Source of the DNA: Octopus vulgaris
Taxonomy: Eukaryota
Direction of reading: 5' to 3'
Length of the DNA stretch: 64,000 nucleotides
NCBI GenBank assembly: GCA_951406725.2
Contig: OX597814.1
Span: 180,792,001-180,856,000 of the forward strand
In this document: piece after piece, positions 12,631-26,880 of the stretch
Position numbering within the stretch: the stretch's first letter is position 1
Layout: each line of letters starts with the position of its first letter
The notes under the pieces: model-generated
What the model was told of the DNA's origin: nothing
Seen by the model: the letters and a program-made list of their open reading frames with translations, nothing else
Database searches by the model: none
Translations under genes and position numbers: made by a program

Positions 12631-14279
12631 TGAATGACTGCAATAAAGAGATGAGTCTCCCTCAAATCACATTATACTGTTTTAAAAGGAAGGACACTGG
12701 ATAATTTTGTCCTGTTTACACAATACCTGAAATAGTAATATGAAATGGCCAACGCAAGTATCTTAGGCCTTAGGTCTAACATTAACAGCATCACAGTTGA
12801 AAGGGGGTACCGTTATGCGATTACTCAACTTGGTAGAAATAGCAGCTAAATTTTCTTAAAATTGCACTCTTTTTTCTTCAAAATCGACGGGCACATTGGA
12901 CAATCTTAGATACACAGTGCCTGAGACAGAAGCATAATGAGCACAGCTGTAAAGCTTCTGATGATGGCTGTTTAGTCAGTGATGCCCTGAGAAATAACAA
13001 CGTCGAAAGATAACGACAACGACAACAGCCGTAATGGTTGAAACTTTTAAATCATTTCGCGATTGTCTTTTTACTTTCGTGCAAAGATATTTTCTTTTCT
13101 CTCGGACACGGTCTTCTTCTTTTCTCTGTCTCTCTGTCTCTTACTCTATCTCTATCTATCTCTCTCTCTCCCTCTTTCTCTCTCCCTCTTTCTCTCTCCC
13201 TCTCTATTTGTCTCTCTCCCTCTCTCTTTGTCTCTCTCTCTCTCTGATTGAAATAACGATTTCCAACTTACACAACAAGGCTATATAATTTATAAGAGGA
13301 AAAAGATAATGCATGGCTTTCGTGCCATTGGCAGCATAAGTAGAAGAAAATTGGTTACAAGTGAGGAATTTTGATACCTTGCCATACGGAGTAAGTTCTC
13401 CATGAGCTTAATCTCTTGCTGTGAGACTCACTTTGAATCCAAAAGAAAACGCCGATACTGAAAATAAGAAATTTAACCCAATTTACTCGATATCTTTTGA
13501 ATATGCTCTGTGAGTATTGTAGTTCTAAGAAAACTGCTTGGCACAATATACCAAAGAAATATTCTTAGGATTTTAATATCTTTATAATAGCGTTTTTCTT
13601 TCTCTATCGTCAAAAATGATCGGAGTTTGAAAAGCTTTTTTTGCTGTTGTTTTTAGCTTTGGGTTTGTTTTTTGTTCATTTTAAGACAATCGATATATCT
13701 ATTGTGGAGGCCTAAGTCAATGTTTGAGGCTGTTTTGTATGGTTTTTGTTATAGTTTTGTTTCTTTGCTTCTCATTTTTTTTTCTTTATTTCTTTATTCA
13801 ATGGGAAAATATGAACACTTCTCACGGTTGAAAACAAAAATTGAAAATATCAGGTGTGTATTTAAGAAACAAAAAATGAAAATGAATTAGAAATCAGAGG
13901 CCACCACTTAATTCGGAAGCTGGGGAAAAGTAGGGTAGGAATTAGTTAAGTCATAGTCAATCGATAACCACCTGCCAAAAAATGATCATTGCTTATATAA
14001 AGTTTCAAAAACAAAGCCCCAGTTCAGCAATAGCTTTGACCCATATAAAGAACATTACAATGCATTAAATAAACATAGCCTGATTTGCTGAAGCAGTATA
14101 AAGGATATTGATTAAAATGTACTGGCTCAGTTTTCAAAAGCACAGATACCGGTGTTTTTGTAAACATTTCTGATCGTATGATGCTGTTGCTGCTGTAATT
14201 GCTGTTGTTGACGTTGTCGGTATTGCTGCTGTTGTATAACTTCGCCACCATATGCTGGCCCTGACTTAACAGACCTATT

Positions 14280-14553
14280 CTTTTCGTTAACTCGTTTCAG
14301 TTCATTGGAACGCAGCCGTGCCGAAGAACCATCTTGATAGGGTTAGTAGGTCAAATTGACCCCGTTACATATTTCAAGTGAGCTACTTCTATCAGCATTC
14401 CTTTTGCCGAACCGCTAAGGTAATTGAGCGTAAGCACTCCGACGCCAATTGTCATGAGGCGAGAGCCAAACAAAAACAAAAAGACGCACATGTATACACA
14501 AGCATACATAGACAAACGGACAGACAGACAGAAACACAGGCGAACGGACGGAC

Positions 14554-14633
<80 letters not shown>

Positions 14634-14835
14634 GTCAAAATTAAAATAAACAATATGTTCATTTATTGTTAGATGGCAATCACCTGACAAAATGAAGCAA
14701 GCATCATTATGTATGCATGTAAGACGGTCTTTCGTACAGTTTCCATCTATCAAGCTTCACATATAAAGATACTTGCCCAGTGCAACTGAACTTGAGACCA
14801 CGTGGTTGTGAAACAAGCTGTTCAACCACATTAGC
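14280..14835 (-). mobile_element. Old diverged SINE family A copy with internal (GATA)n
   Basis: ttttgccgaaccgctaag and cagtttccatctatcaa...cacgtggttg match family A segments. Confidence 0.65.
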
Positions 14836-15020
14836 ATGCTCATCTCTTGTTCGAATATTCCGGCCAACTTATTGAAATACTGTACCGATGATATGTCCCT
14901 CTCGTTTTAAGATGATGGGTAGAGTAGCCACGTAGTGACAGGTCTTATTGAATGCTTCTTGTAACTATTTTTGCAACAGTCTTCATCTTCGTTGTTGCTG
15001 TTTAGCTCCAAACCAGCTCC

Positions 15021-15170
<150 letters not shown>

Positions 15171-15346
15171 TGACCTTAGTAATTTTAAGGCGCTGGCATG
15201 GCTGGGTGGTAAGAAGCTTGCTTTTCGACCACATGGTTCCGGGTTCAGTCCCACTGTGTCGCACCTTGTGTCTTCTACTAGCCACTCCATTTGATCTTGT
15301 TGCTTTTCTTTCATCATTCAAAAAATAAAAATTAAAAAAAACAAAG

Positions 15347-16003
15347 ATGGAGGCATTTGAAATGAACGAACCTCTGGATTTAACGAGTCAACGAGGGAAC
15401 ATTTACATTGCCGCTTGAGTTACAGAAAATAAAAAAAATTATCCCCAAATCACAATCTGCCATTTTATAGGGTGTCTCTACATGGTCATTCGATATGCTA
15501 GAAACAGTAGCAAAAACATCCCTTAAATTACATTCAACCGGTTTGAAAAGCGTCACATTGAATAATGTAGTCCTAAACAGAAAATACCCGGGAGACGGAC
15601 AAGATGCTGAAAGTCTTTGATCATAAGTCTACGCAGTCCGTGTTAACCTGAAATTAAGCATGAACAGGAAGATGCATTATGTAATGCAGTCCCATTTACA
15701 TTTCGTATGAATAAAACGCTGGATAGTCACGAGTGGAACGCCATTGACCATGAATTTGTTCGACTTGTGCTGATACGGTTGTTAAATAACAAATAGTGGT
15801 GAGAACATGCTATGCAACAGTTTAGTCAGTTTTATTGTGTAGAATAACGGGTTTTAAATTTCAAAATTACAGTACAAGATATTCAAGAATAAAAGATGAG
15901 AGAAAAATTGATAAAAAAGCTAGATAAATAGAGATAGATGGACAGCTAGCTAGCCAGATAGATAAATGGATAGAGAAACAGACAGAGAAACAGACAGACG
16001 GGC

Positions 16004-16084
<81 letters not shown>

Positions 16085-16477
16085 GAAATACAGCTTGAAA
16101 TGTCAACAAAATGCCTCAGTTGATCCGGCGTATCGTACATCTGCTCAAGCGTAGGTGATTAAGAACAACTACAACAGCAAGGGCGATGACGATGTCTCAA
16201 ACGACAATAATGTAATCGCTCTTCAGCTAGAACAAGAGACAAAAACAAAAAACAAAACAAAACAGTGCCAACCAAAATGTCCCTTAAATAAAGCACTCCT
16301 GATTAAAAAGAAATGGAACATTGAGTAATTATAACATACACACACACATATCACGGTACGGTACCCACATCAGTGGCAGGCTTTAAAAGGGAAAGTAAGT
16401 CGTCCCTTCAGTCCATAGATTGGAGTGACATCTTGGGAAAAGGTCAGCAATACCTTAGATGAAAACATCGGTAGTAG
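15347..16477 (-). repeat. Right arm of the large inverted duplication
   Basis: Reverse complement of 10660-11951. Confidence 0.95.
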
Positions 16478-16785
16478 AACGTTGGATAACTGAGAAGGTC
16501 CTTGACCAACGACTTGAAGGTTATTGCGGCCAAACGGAAGATCTGTGTCGTCAGACAACGGTTGGGCTTCAACTAGCTAATGAGCTTCTACTGCGAAACA
16601 GCCACATCATAGACTATACTCGTTGAACTCTTGTACACCACTTGGTACCTGGTGTGGAGGCCCAAAGAGGCAGTTTCATGAAGAGACGACGCCAACTGCA
16701 TTACTCACACTCCAAGGCATTTTGTCTAGAGTTCTGAACAGAACTGTCAATGTCAACGAACGACGAACAACCGACGACGACGAAT
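16370..16785 (-). mobile_element. Possible short RTE-derived non-autonomous element
   Basis: Minus strand starts TCGTCGTCGTCGGTTGTTCGTCG and ends ...ATCTATGGACTGAAGGGACGAC. Both resemble RTE 5' and 3' termini as I recall them. No ORF. Confidence 0.35.
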
Positions 16786-16852
16786 ATACATACATCTCTC
16801 CCACCTCTCTCTCTCTCTCTCTTTATATAAATATATATACACACATATATAT

Positions 16853-17241
16853 ATTCTTTTAGTCTTTTATTATTCTACTTGTTTCAGTCACTTGACTCCG
16901 GCCATGCTGGAGCACCACCTTAAAGAAGAGTGTTAGTCGGAGAAATCGCCCCAGGACTTATGCTTTGTAAGTCCAGTACTTATTCTATCGGTTCTTTTGC
17001 CGAACCGCTAAGTTACGGGGAAGTAAACACACCAGCATCGGTTGTCAAGCGATGGCGGTGGGGGACAAACACAGACACACACACACACAAATATGTGCTT
17101 ATATATACATATATATACATACGACGGGCTTCTTACAGTTTCCCTCTACCAAATCTACTCACAAAGCTTTGGTCGGCCCGGGGTAGAAGACACTTGTCCA
17201 CGGTACCACAGTTAGGAAGCAAGCTTCTTACCACAGAGCCA

Positions 17242-17242
<1 letters not shown>
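16853..17242 (-). mobile_element. SINE family A with internally deleted head
   Basis: Homology to 8720-9186. Confidence 0.85.
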
Positions 17243-17309
<67 letters not shown>

Positions 17310-17661
17310 GTGTGTGTGTGTGTTTAGCACTGTACATCTGTAAAAGATACCCTCTCAACACAAATACGACAGTTAATTAGGCTTTCAATAATATGCCTGC
17401 CTTAAGTATGACACACAAATTGCTATTTCAGATTAAAACTGCTTCTGCTGCATGTAACGAATCAATACTTGTAAAGTTATGCCATTGGAAAGAATGTTAT
17501 CAAAATATAATATAGGAATGTATTTTTACATGTAACAAAATGATACATGAGGTTACTTAGAACAAAATTGTGCTTTCAAAATTTTGGCACAAGGCTAGCA
17601 ATTTCGGGAGAAGGGTTAAGTTGATTACATCGACCCCAGTGCTTAACTGGTATATATTTTA

Positions 17662-17893
17662 GTGGCGGCGAGCTGGCAGAAACGTTAGCACGCCGGGCGA
17701 AATGCTTAGCGGTATTTCGTCTGCGTTACGTTGTGAGTTCAAATTCCGCCGAGGTCGACTTTGCCTTTCATCCTTTCGGGGTCGACAAATTAAGTACCAG
17801 TTACGCACTGGGGTCGATGTAATCGACTTAATACCTATGTCTGTCCTTGTTTGTCCCCTCTGTGTTTGGCCCCTTGTGGGTAATAAAGAAATA
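17662..17893 (+). mobile_element. Young SINE family B nested in an older opposite-strand relative (17575-18000)
   Basis: 13 bp TSD GGTATATATTTTA at 17649-17661 and 17894-17906. Confidence 0.93.
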
Positions 17894-18593
17894 GGTATAT
17901 ATTTTATCGATCTCGAAAGGATGAAAGGCAAAGTAGACATCGGCAGTATTTGAACTCATGTGCTAACGATGTGCTAACGATTCAGCCAGCTCGCCGCCTT
18001 GCCTAGCGGCGAGTATTAACTTGAATAAAGTTAAAAAGTAGAGCGGATCAAAGCAATGTAATTAGGTTCAAGCAATTGATTACCGTTTGCTCAAGATGTG
18101 TTCAGCACATGAGTATAAGCGCTTCGTTAACTAGCTAAGTTTTATTTTTTTATTTTTTTAAAGACTTATTTAAGGTTACATACGTACATATATATGACGA
18201 ACTAACTGTTACTTTCTCAGACGCAGCACGGATTTTTGTCAGTGAACAGGTCGCGGATTTTAGCGACGAAAATATTTTGACAAATTAAACTTAAATGTTG
18301 AAGTGAATTGAACGGCTTTTGTGTGTTTCTTAAATGGCTTATAAACACCTTCCACGCTGCAATTGTTATTTAAGGTTAGATCCTAGAGAACTAAATAGTT
18401 CGAGGACTGAGTACTTTATCGTTCAGGATGTAAGGAATTGTTGAAGCTGGTGTCGTTGTTGTCGTCATTGCTGCTGCTGCTGCAGTTGTTATTGTTGTTG
18501 CTGCTGCTGTTATTTTTGTTGTTTAGCTGATTCACAATGCTGATTTACAAGACTTTATGATCAAAGACGTTCCAACCATAACAATATTATACA

Positions 18594-18668
18594 GTATAGC
18601 CTCGGGCCGACCAAAGCCTTGTGAGTGGATTCGGTGGACGAAAACCGAAAGAAGCCCGTCGTATATAT

Positions 18669-18757
<89 letters not shown>

Positions 18758-19030
18758 TGTATGTATGTATGTATGTATGTATGTATGTATGTATGTATGT
18801 ATGTATGTGTGTATATGTCTGTGTGTCTGTGTTTGTCCCCCCAACATCACTTGACAACTGATGCTGGTGTGTTTACGTCCCCGTAACGTAGCGGTTCGGC
18901 AAAGGAGACCGATAGAATAAGTACTAGGCTTACAAAGAATAAGTCCTGGGGGTTGATTTGCTCGACTAAAGGCGGTGCTCCAGCATGGCCACAGTCAAAT
19001 GACTGAAACAAGTAAAAGAGTAAAAGAGTA
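18594..19030 (+). mobile_element. 5'-truncated SINE family A with (TA)n(TATG)n expansion
   Basis: Homology to 3528-3925; intact tail. Confidence 0.92.
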
Positions 19031-19518
19031 ATAGAGTGTGTACTTAATTTTTTTTTCTTTGAGGTGGGCGCGAAGGGATGGTAGAGTGTGATTTATGGGA
19101 ATTTCGTCCATAATCTCTAACAGGTCGAGAGACCGCATAGTGCTTCTTTCTTTGGCAAGACGGTATTTTGGTGTGGTATATGTGGTATATGTACTTATGT
19201 ATGATACAAAGTCACCAGTTTGGCGGGGGCGAGGGCAGATAAAGGTTTTGGGTGTTGCCTTAAGTAGTTAAAATAAAGTAAAACGCCCAAAAAATATGAC
19301 CAAATAACCAAACAAACAAACGAACAAACAAATAAACGGATGAATGATAATGGGAAAGAAAATAAACGAGTCGAACAGGTTTTTATTTTTATTGGCAGAT
19401 CATCTTCATAAACACGAATTATATACTATTTCGTTCACTGAGTGAATAACTGCGCAACACAGGAAAACCAGTAAATCGTTAAATTTCCTTATACATCAAC
19501 AAAACACGAAGAAACTAA

Positions 19519-19593
<75 letters not shown>

Positions 19594-20231
19594 GAAGGAA
19601 GGAAGGAAGAATGAAAGAAAGAAAGAAGTACGAACGAACAAAGACTGATAAAGACCGTGTAATCATATCGACTCAATTATAACTGTCGAAGAAAACGACC
19701 ACTTGAATGGAATTACTTTTTTGTATAGCGGCGATTATTGCAAAATATTGCTGTGCACTCTACGAGTCTGAAGCACTCAGGTTGGCAACAGGAATGAAGA
19801 TTTCTGTAGGAAAATGTGAAAAGTGTTTATCTCATCACTTCAAGAATATATTAAATGAGAAAACAACAATAACAAGAGGAAAATATCGACGATGGTTTTG
19901 ATTGCGTCCGCGCGGAGAGAAGGACGAATAAATATTTCTTATTCTTATAATAAAATCCGTCCATATTCAGGTCGTCGTTGTGCAAGAGAAAATTTCCCAT
20001 TGTGCAGATGCAGAAGCAGACTGCAAAGCCTTTTCTCTCGATTATCGAACGAATTCACCTAGAACCTAACATCAAACAAATTGTGTGTGCGTGAGAGAGA
20101 GTGTGTGTGAGTTTGTGTGTATGCATATACACTAAAAACATATATACACATATACATGCACTTACACGTATGTATACACATACATATATATATACACATC
20201 TATACGTATATAAATACATATTCACACATAC

Positions 20232-20309
<78 letters not shown>

Positions 20310-20355
20310 AAAAAAAGTCAAGATAGAAAATGCTTAAATAATTTTATAAAATAAA

Positions 20356-20397
20356 TTTCAGTACCGGTTTCAGTCATTGAGACTTTTTCAACTGTAA
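20356..20397 (-). ncRNA. Minimal hammerhead candidate, U3:A8 variant, within a short element (~20305-20540)
   Basis: Minus strand: TTACAG-TTGAAAA-AGTC tcaat GACT-GAA-ACCGGT-A-CTGAAA. Confidence 0.65.
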
Positions 20398-20538
20398 CAA
20401 TTAAACAATTAAATTTAGAAAAATTAAAAGAAAAGTTTTTTTAAAAGAATATTTGTATAGTGTTCAAATACAAATGGCATTTTCCTTGTTTCTGCCTGTC
20501 TCTATCTCTTTTGTTTACTCTTGTGGGTTGGAGGTCGT

Positions 20539-20597
<59 letters not shown>

Positions 20598-20680
20598 TTG
20601 CGTGTGTGTGTCTGTATACATTTACGTATATACATGTAGACATGTAAATATCTTATGTGTGTGTATGTATATATGAATGC

Positions 20681-20713
<33 letters not shown>

Positions 20714-22107
20714 TGTATGTATGTATGTATGTATGTGTGTATGTATGACACGAGCAAGAAAGGTGATAGGAAGAGGTTTTTATTGTTGCGGTCGGTAATC
20801 ACCAAACCTTTATAGCTCAATTTATAACATGTCTACAGGTATTTTACCCAGAGTTTCCTTGTTTCCATGTTTAACACTTTTACTTACATTTTCCCCTTTT
20901 CTTTGTGTCATATATTTAGATAACATTTATGCTGCTTCGTTTCTTTTTCATTATTTAAAAATAATAAAAAGAAAATAAACAGGTCGAACAGGTTTTTATT
21001 TTTATCAGCAGATCATCTTTATTTTATTATTTAAAGATCTGATTTATATTATACAAATTCCAAGTAAATTTTTTTAATAATTTTTACTTATTGAAATTAA
21101 ACACACAAATACGTATACATAAATATACGTATTTCTGTGTGCGTGGGTGCCAGCACGCAATCGTTTATATATGTAGGTTTGTCAAACAGTTGACTTCATT
21201 ACCATCAGGTCCTTTTAATAAAATTGGGTAAACAGATACTATGTAGAAATAGATAAGAAGTAAAGTTTATCAGTGTATTTGCGTTTGTGTGAATGTGTTT
21301 TTTTAGTTTTGCGTGAGTGTAAGTTTGTGCCTACGGTGTTGCGTGTATTGACTCATTTCATTATTATATAAAGCTACACGGCCTACTAAATAATAACTTT
21401 CAGTTTATTTGTTGTCAAAAAGCAAATGTCAACGGCAGGTATTTTGTTCATGGTGTATAGCCCTGGTCTACTTGGTCGAGCAAAACTAGAAGGTGATAGT
21501 ATGTTAGAAATATTTAGTAGCTAATTCCAGCCGGTTGAGTGACTACATAAAGGCCACCTCGTTTGCTTGTAAATAAAATTCCACGTATAGATTCAAATTC
21601 GGTTCGCTGAACTCAGAGTTTAAGGTGCTAACCAGTACACCATAATACCAATTGTTTCCATATAAGAAAGCTTTATTGCACATGGTTTAGTTCAGCTAGT
21701 ATCGAAACAATAAATAGAAGCCAAGCAGGTATGTGTTAAAGTCATGTTAGACAATGGAAGGGTCGGCAGTGCACTATTGTTTGGTTGTGCTTAGAAAATC
21801 AATTGACTTTAATCCGACTCAGGTACTCCATCAATAGGGCATAACTAAAAGTCTCTTTGTGCTGTGTGTTTCAACGAAGACTGACAACTGATTAGAAACT
21901 TGAGAACTGTATGCGATATATTTTTGCGTTTAGATTTAATTTCAACAATACTTCTCCGATACCGAAGGAGCGGCGGAAGTGAAATGCGAACAGTGAAGAG
22001 AGATTCGAATGTGTTCAAGGCAATGCCTCGAGTACACCAACTATTTTACCAGTAACAAACATTTATCTAGTAAAAATTAAGCACAAAGATACAAACGTAT
22101 ATATGCG

Positions 22108-22139
<32 letters not shown>

Positions 22140-22146
22140 ATTGTAT

Positions 22147-25100
22147 TACGGTTATGACTTTTTCACAACCTAATAACCCCATACTGTAATTCGATGAATA
22201 AGTTTATAAAAGTCAGGAAACTAACATTTATTTTGCTTTATTTGAAACAAAAGTCACCCCCAACTTAAGAAATCGATCACCACTTTTGACCCAAATTATG
22301 CAAAATTTTAGTGGGTGGGGGAATAACACCTGCTCAAATTTTCACCAAACTTGGTGTGCTGACACAACGCAATGCAGAAATAGCATAGCTGAATTTTCAG
22401 CTTTCTAGTTGAAGTAGTTTCGGAGTTGTGAGCTTTTTAAATTATAATCACTAGGTGGCATTAGATTCACACTTTAGTATTTCCGCTGCCTAAATCCTTA
22501 TAAACGCAAGAGAAATGTGGAATAAAAGTTTATTTATACATTTTTAAGATTACTGAATTGAAATTGCTCTATGCAAAGGTTCAAAACTAGGCTATTTTAA
22601 GACAGAGGCCATTACAAGCATTCGATAACATACAAAATTAAAAATAATACATATTTTTTTACTTTATAGGTTTAATTCCAATTTTAAATAACTGTATGAG
22701 AAAAAGGGTGCTGAATGTTAGCAAATCTTTAAACGTAACAGAATTAATGTTTTGTTAGATAAAATAAATCGAAGCTGAAGTTTCTCCTTTTTACAAACAT
22801 CATAAAGATCGTGAAGCCATTGGAGTGCTCGTTCTGCACTCTGGTTTGTTCTGGGAATTTCCAGCTTTGGTGGTTTTCGACTCCAAAAGTTTTTTTTACA
22901 GAGCTCAATGCTTTTTTATGAACTTGCAGGCTACCACATAACTTCTGATAATAATGTGCATTGAACATTTGGTCAGAAACAAGACTCTTTTCTCTAGCAG
23001 AAAAAATACCAAAAGATCTAGTATTACTCGAGAAGTCCATCTTGTATTACTTAAGTTGGGTGCTTTTGAAACTTTACAGTAGGAAATTTGCCGAAAAGCT
23101 CTGGTCAAAGGAAATATAAATTTCATGTCATCTCGTCATTTTGCTAATTCAGTAATCTTTTCTTCACCATTGTGCAAATTAACCTGGAGTTTCTCGTAAT
23201 TACTTAGAAGCCCTGATAAAACGATAAACGTCACCCTTTTCCAGTCTAGCCAGGCTCATGGGCCCGGATTCCCGGTTTCTGTGGCGTATGTGTTCCCCCC
23301 AGCTGGACGGGACGCCAGTCCATCGCAGCATTACTCAAGAAACAGGAAGAGAGAGAATGAGAGAAAGTTGTGGTGAAAGAGTACAACAGGGGTTGCCACC
23401 ATCCCCTGCCGGAGCCTCGTAGAGCTTTTAGGTGTTTTCGCTCAATAAACACACACAACGCCCGGTCTGGGAATCGAAACCGTGATCCTCCGACCGCGAG
23501 TCCGCGTCCCTAACCACTAGGCCATTGCGCCTCCACTAGAAGCTCTGAGATGAATGTATATTCAATATTGGGAGATGACTTCTTTTTTCCAAGTTCGTTA
23601 TTCCATTACAACACGAAGAACTCTATCAAGGATATTGATGCCGACAACCAATAAATTGCGGTTCTTTCAAACCTTTTTGAGCAAACAGTCTTTGCAACTG
23701 AATGACAATGCCATTTCTTTTCCCAGTGTTCACACTCGTTGTATCAGCGACAATCATCTTTACACCATCCCATAAATTGTATTCAACTAAAACAGCCGTT
23801 ATTCCTTTCACAATAGTATCAGCTTTTCCATTTGGCAATTGGAGTGCTTCTAACTTAACTCCTCACTGTTCGTTCTTTAAAGCTAGCTCTTGGTGTTATT
23901 GGTCATCAATACGTTTGCCATCAAAATGCAATGACCAGTTTTCTAAATGTAATATTTTCTTCATTTTCTTTGGTAGTCGGTCTGTAAATACCAGATTGGG
24001 AAGGGGTCTCGACATTGATTCCATCTTGAGATAATTGTCGACAAAATGTTGCTGCTTTAAGGTATTACTAACTTGGTTGCAGTTCCAGTTTTGCTATACT
24101 TTAGCCTTGTTTATGTGGATTCTTCATCTAATTTTTTAGACACTTAGCATTCACTTTCATTCTCTGCTTCAGACGTTGACGATGACACTGGAATTGCTCT
24201 GGTTGAAGTTGGCATTAAGGACCCTTTTCTTCTTAATGGATGGAACTGGCTGCCTTTCCAGTTGCATACCCAACCTGTTCCTTACTTTCAATTTGAAGAT
24301 GATATAACCTTCTATCCTCACTGCACAGCCATTCACCGTTTTCCTTTGTGATGTCAAAGATTCCTTCAATGAATTGTATTTTCCTTGTTTTATACATTTA
24401 TTGTAAGTATTCAGCCCTTTTTCTACTTTTGCTTGTACATTTTGAATTGCTAAATATGGGAAATTTACTTTCTTTTGCCACAAAAAGGTTACTTCTTTCG
24501 AAATTTCCTTTGTTCTTTCTTTCCTTCCTTTGATGGTACCTCCAAGAAACAGAAAGCGGCCGACAATTTGAAGTTTCATTGGTATCCTGTAGTTGTTTTC
24601 CAAAGAATGCTCTTCTAGAGGAACAGATCTTCTTTTCCTATGTGAGTCTTGAAATTGCACGAGTTTCTTCGTCCAGATTTTTTTGTTTCTTTGAGTTACA
24701 CAAGCACTTCTGTTATGAGACATTATTTTAGATACTCTAGTTGGATAAGCCTACTATTCTGAAAAACAGTTAATATAATGAGAGTTTTTAGCATTACAGA
24801 AATAAAAAGGAGACGAAGTGGATATTTCCTAAAGTAGGGCCTACGTGGTAACAAATTAAAAACTCTATAACTCCTAAATTACTTAAACTTGAAAGCTGAA
24901 ATTTGAGATATACTGTTTCTGCATTACATTAAGTCAGCACACATTAAGTCAGAGTTGACATTATGAAACCCCCTAGAATTTTGCATGATTTGGATCAAAA
25001 GGTGTGTTAGATTTCTTCAGTTGGAGGTGACATTTTTTTTAAAAAAACTGAAAATGAAGGTTATTTTCCCTACTTATATAGAATTGTTCATCGATTTTTA

Positions 25101-25147
25101 ATACAGAAAATTGTTTACTTTCAAAAAATCAAAAAGTCATAACCCTA
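22147..25147 (-). mobile_element. hATm-like DNA transposon with long imperfect TIRs (~300 bp) and decayed transposase (about 24723 to 22744)
   Basis: Termini TACGGTTATGACTTTTT and AAAAAGTCATAACCCTA; 22147-22455 mirrors 24841-25147. Minus-strand motifs WSLHFDGK, VADTTSVNTGKRNG and FIGCRH are typical of hATm transposases. No clean 8 bp TSD. Confidence 0.82.
23217..23536 (-). mobile_element. tRNA(Arg)-like SINE, family C related, inserted in the transposase
   Basis: Head with TGGCCTAGTGG, anticodon-like GACTCGCGGTC, B box GTTTCGATTCC. 3' half shared with 60179-60434. TSD TAGAAGC(C/T)CTGA at 23205-23216 and 23537-23548. Confidence 0.93.
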
Positions 25148-25210
25148 CATATTATGTATCTATGTGTTTATATATGTCCTTATATGTATGTATGTGTGTG
25201 CGTGTGTGTG

Positions 25211-25350
<140 letters not shown>

Positions 25351-25499
25351 TGTATGTGTGTTTCTGTGTCTGTATGTATTTATGTATCTAAACATGTCTG
25401 CACGTATATATGTGCGTTTGAATGAGCGTGTTTGTGTCATTTCGTTGTTTAATCGTTCTGAGTTTACATACATGTATATATTTCATAAGAGAAGAGGAA

Positions 25500-26880
25500 G
25501 GTACGGGTGACATTTACAAGGCCTCTCTAAACTGGTTTGTCTGATGCAGTTGACATTCAGCTTGAACGTCTATAGATCGATATGCGTAGATAAAACGTGG
25601 GTGAGGAAAAAATTCAAGAGGATTAGAGTTCTGTAGGGAAGTACCTGACCAGAGTGTTTAGTCTGGAGTCTGTAAGGTAATACGCGATAAACGTGACGAG
25701 ACGGTGAAAAACAAGTTATCCTGGATCGCAAGCATATACAGAGGGCTGGTTCGGAAGGGTATTATCTATTGTAGTAGTGATAAAAGTATCAGAGAGAAGT
25801 AACAGAGCACGTCGATAAACTCTTCGTTTGAAGAATCTTAAGGAAATGAACTTAAGTCAGTTTATTGAATAGGTATTGAATAGTCTTCTTTTGAGTGTGG
25901 TTCAGGATGGTTGCATGTCTACCAATAGCCTTATCCTGTGTACGTGATCCAGTTTGAGTTTTATTTGATCTTGGTAGAGCAATGTTTTAGAACTTGGTAC
26001 TGAAGATCAATCTTAGTTTCTTTAACGCAGTTTTGGAAGTGTTTCGTGCACGGAGGTCACCACGAGAGATCAGAGATTGAGAGACCTAAGATTTTGTAAC
26101 AGCTTTGAAGGTTTTGTAAACTGTTCATGATTGGAGAGGAAGTAAAAGTTCCTTTCTTTGACATCTGGAGTAAGACTCTGCACACTGTTAAAAGGAAATA
26201 AATTGACATGTCATTATTGAAAGATAATAGCAAGGTCTCTGCTTATAAAATCAAAGTATATTTGGCATCAGGTATTTAGGTTACTAGTGAATGACACCTG
26301 TGTGCAGATGATTAATGAGAAATTAAAGAGTACTATAATCGGATCGGGAGTGTGTGTGGTTAGTTGAGACAGTTTGTAGATCGTAATATACGGAGTAAAT
26401 ATACAAGTTTGAAAGATACTGCCACTTAGTGGATTGGGCAATCTCACCGTCGCATGCTCCACTGATACAGTTTAACAAGAATTTTCCGTTCCAGAAAATA
26501 ACAGACGGATGAAGACCATATGTGAGCAACTTAGCTATAAAGCTTTAGTACCTTAGATGCAATTGAAGGTTTTCTTCGGAGTTCACAATGGTGAAGGAGC
26601 ATTGGGGAATCAGTAAGTTGAGTGAGTTTCCGGTAGATTTTATTCCTATGTAACAGTAGTAAAGACTAACGAGGGAGAAACCGATGGGGATCAAGGTAAT
26701 TGTAAAATATTTCCGTCACTTTTGAAATGCTGGAAGTAAGAGCGACGAGTTGTTAGCCGGTAAGGACAGAAAGGTTAACTTTTATGGAGATAAGTGATGT
26801 ACGGAAGCATGTCTCCATAGATTCGTGCACATATTGAGAGATTAAAGTTGCTGTCCAACCCTCATTGCACTGACTAATGT
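25500..26880 (-). mobile_element. Probable ancient LINE-derived sequence
   Basis: Balanced base composition. Minus-strand scraps (LWRHASVHHL, SLVSLYYCYIG) resemble the CR1/Jockey ORF2 C-terminus. Very decayed. Confidence 0.3.

Noticed and set aside
23460-23536. tRNA-Arg gene (likewise tRNA-like heads at 3528 and 60179)
   Set aside because: Continues into SINE body and tail with TSDs; no proper acceptor stem.
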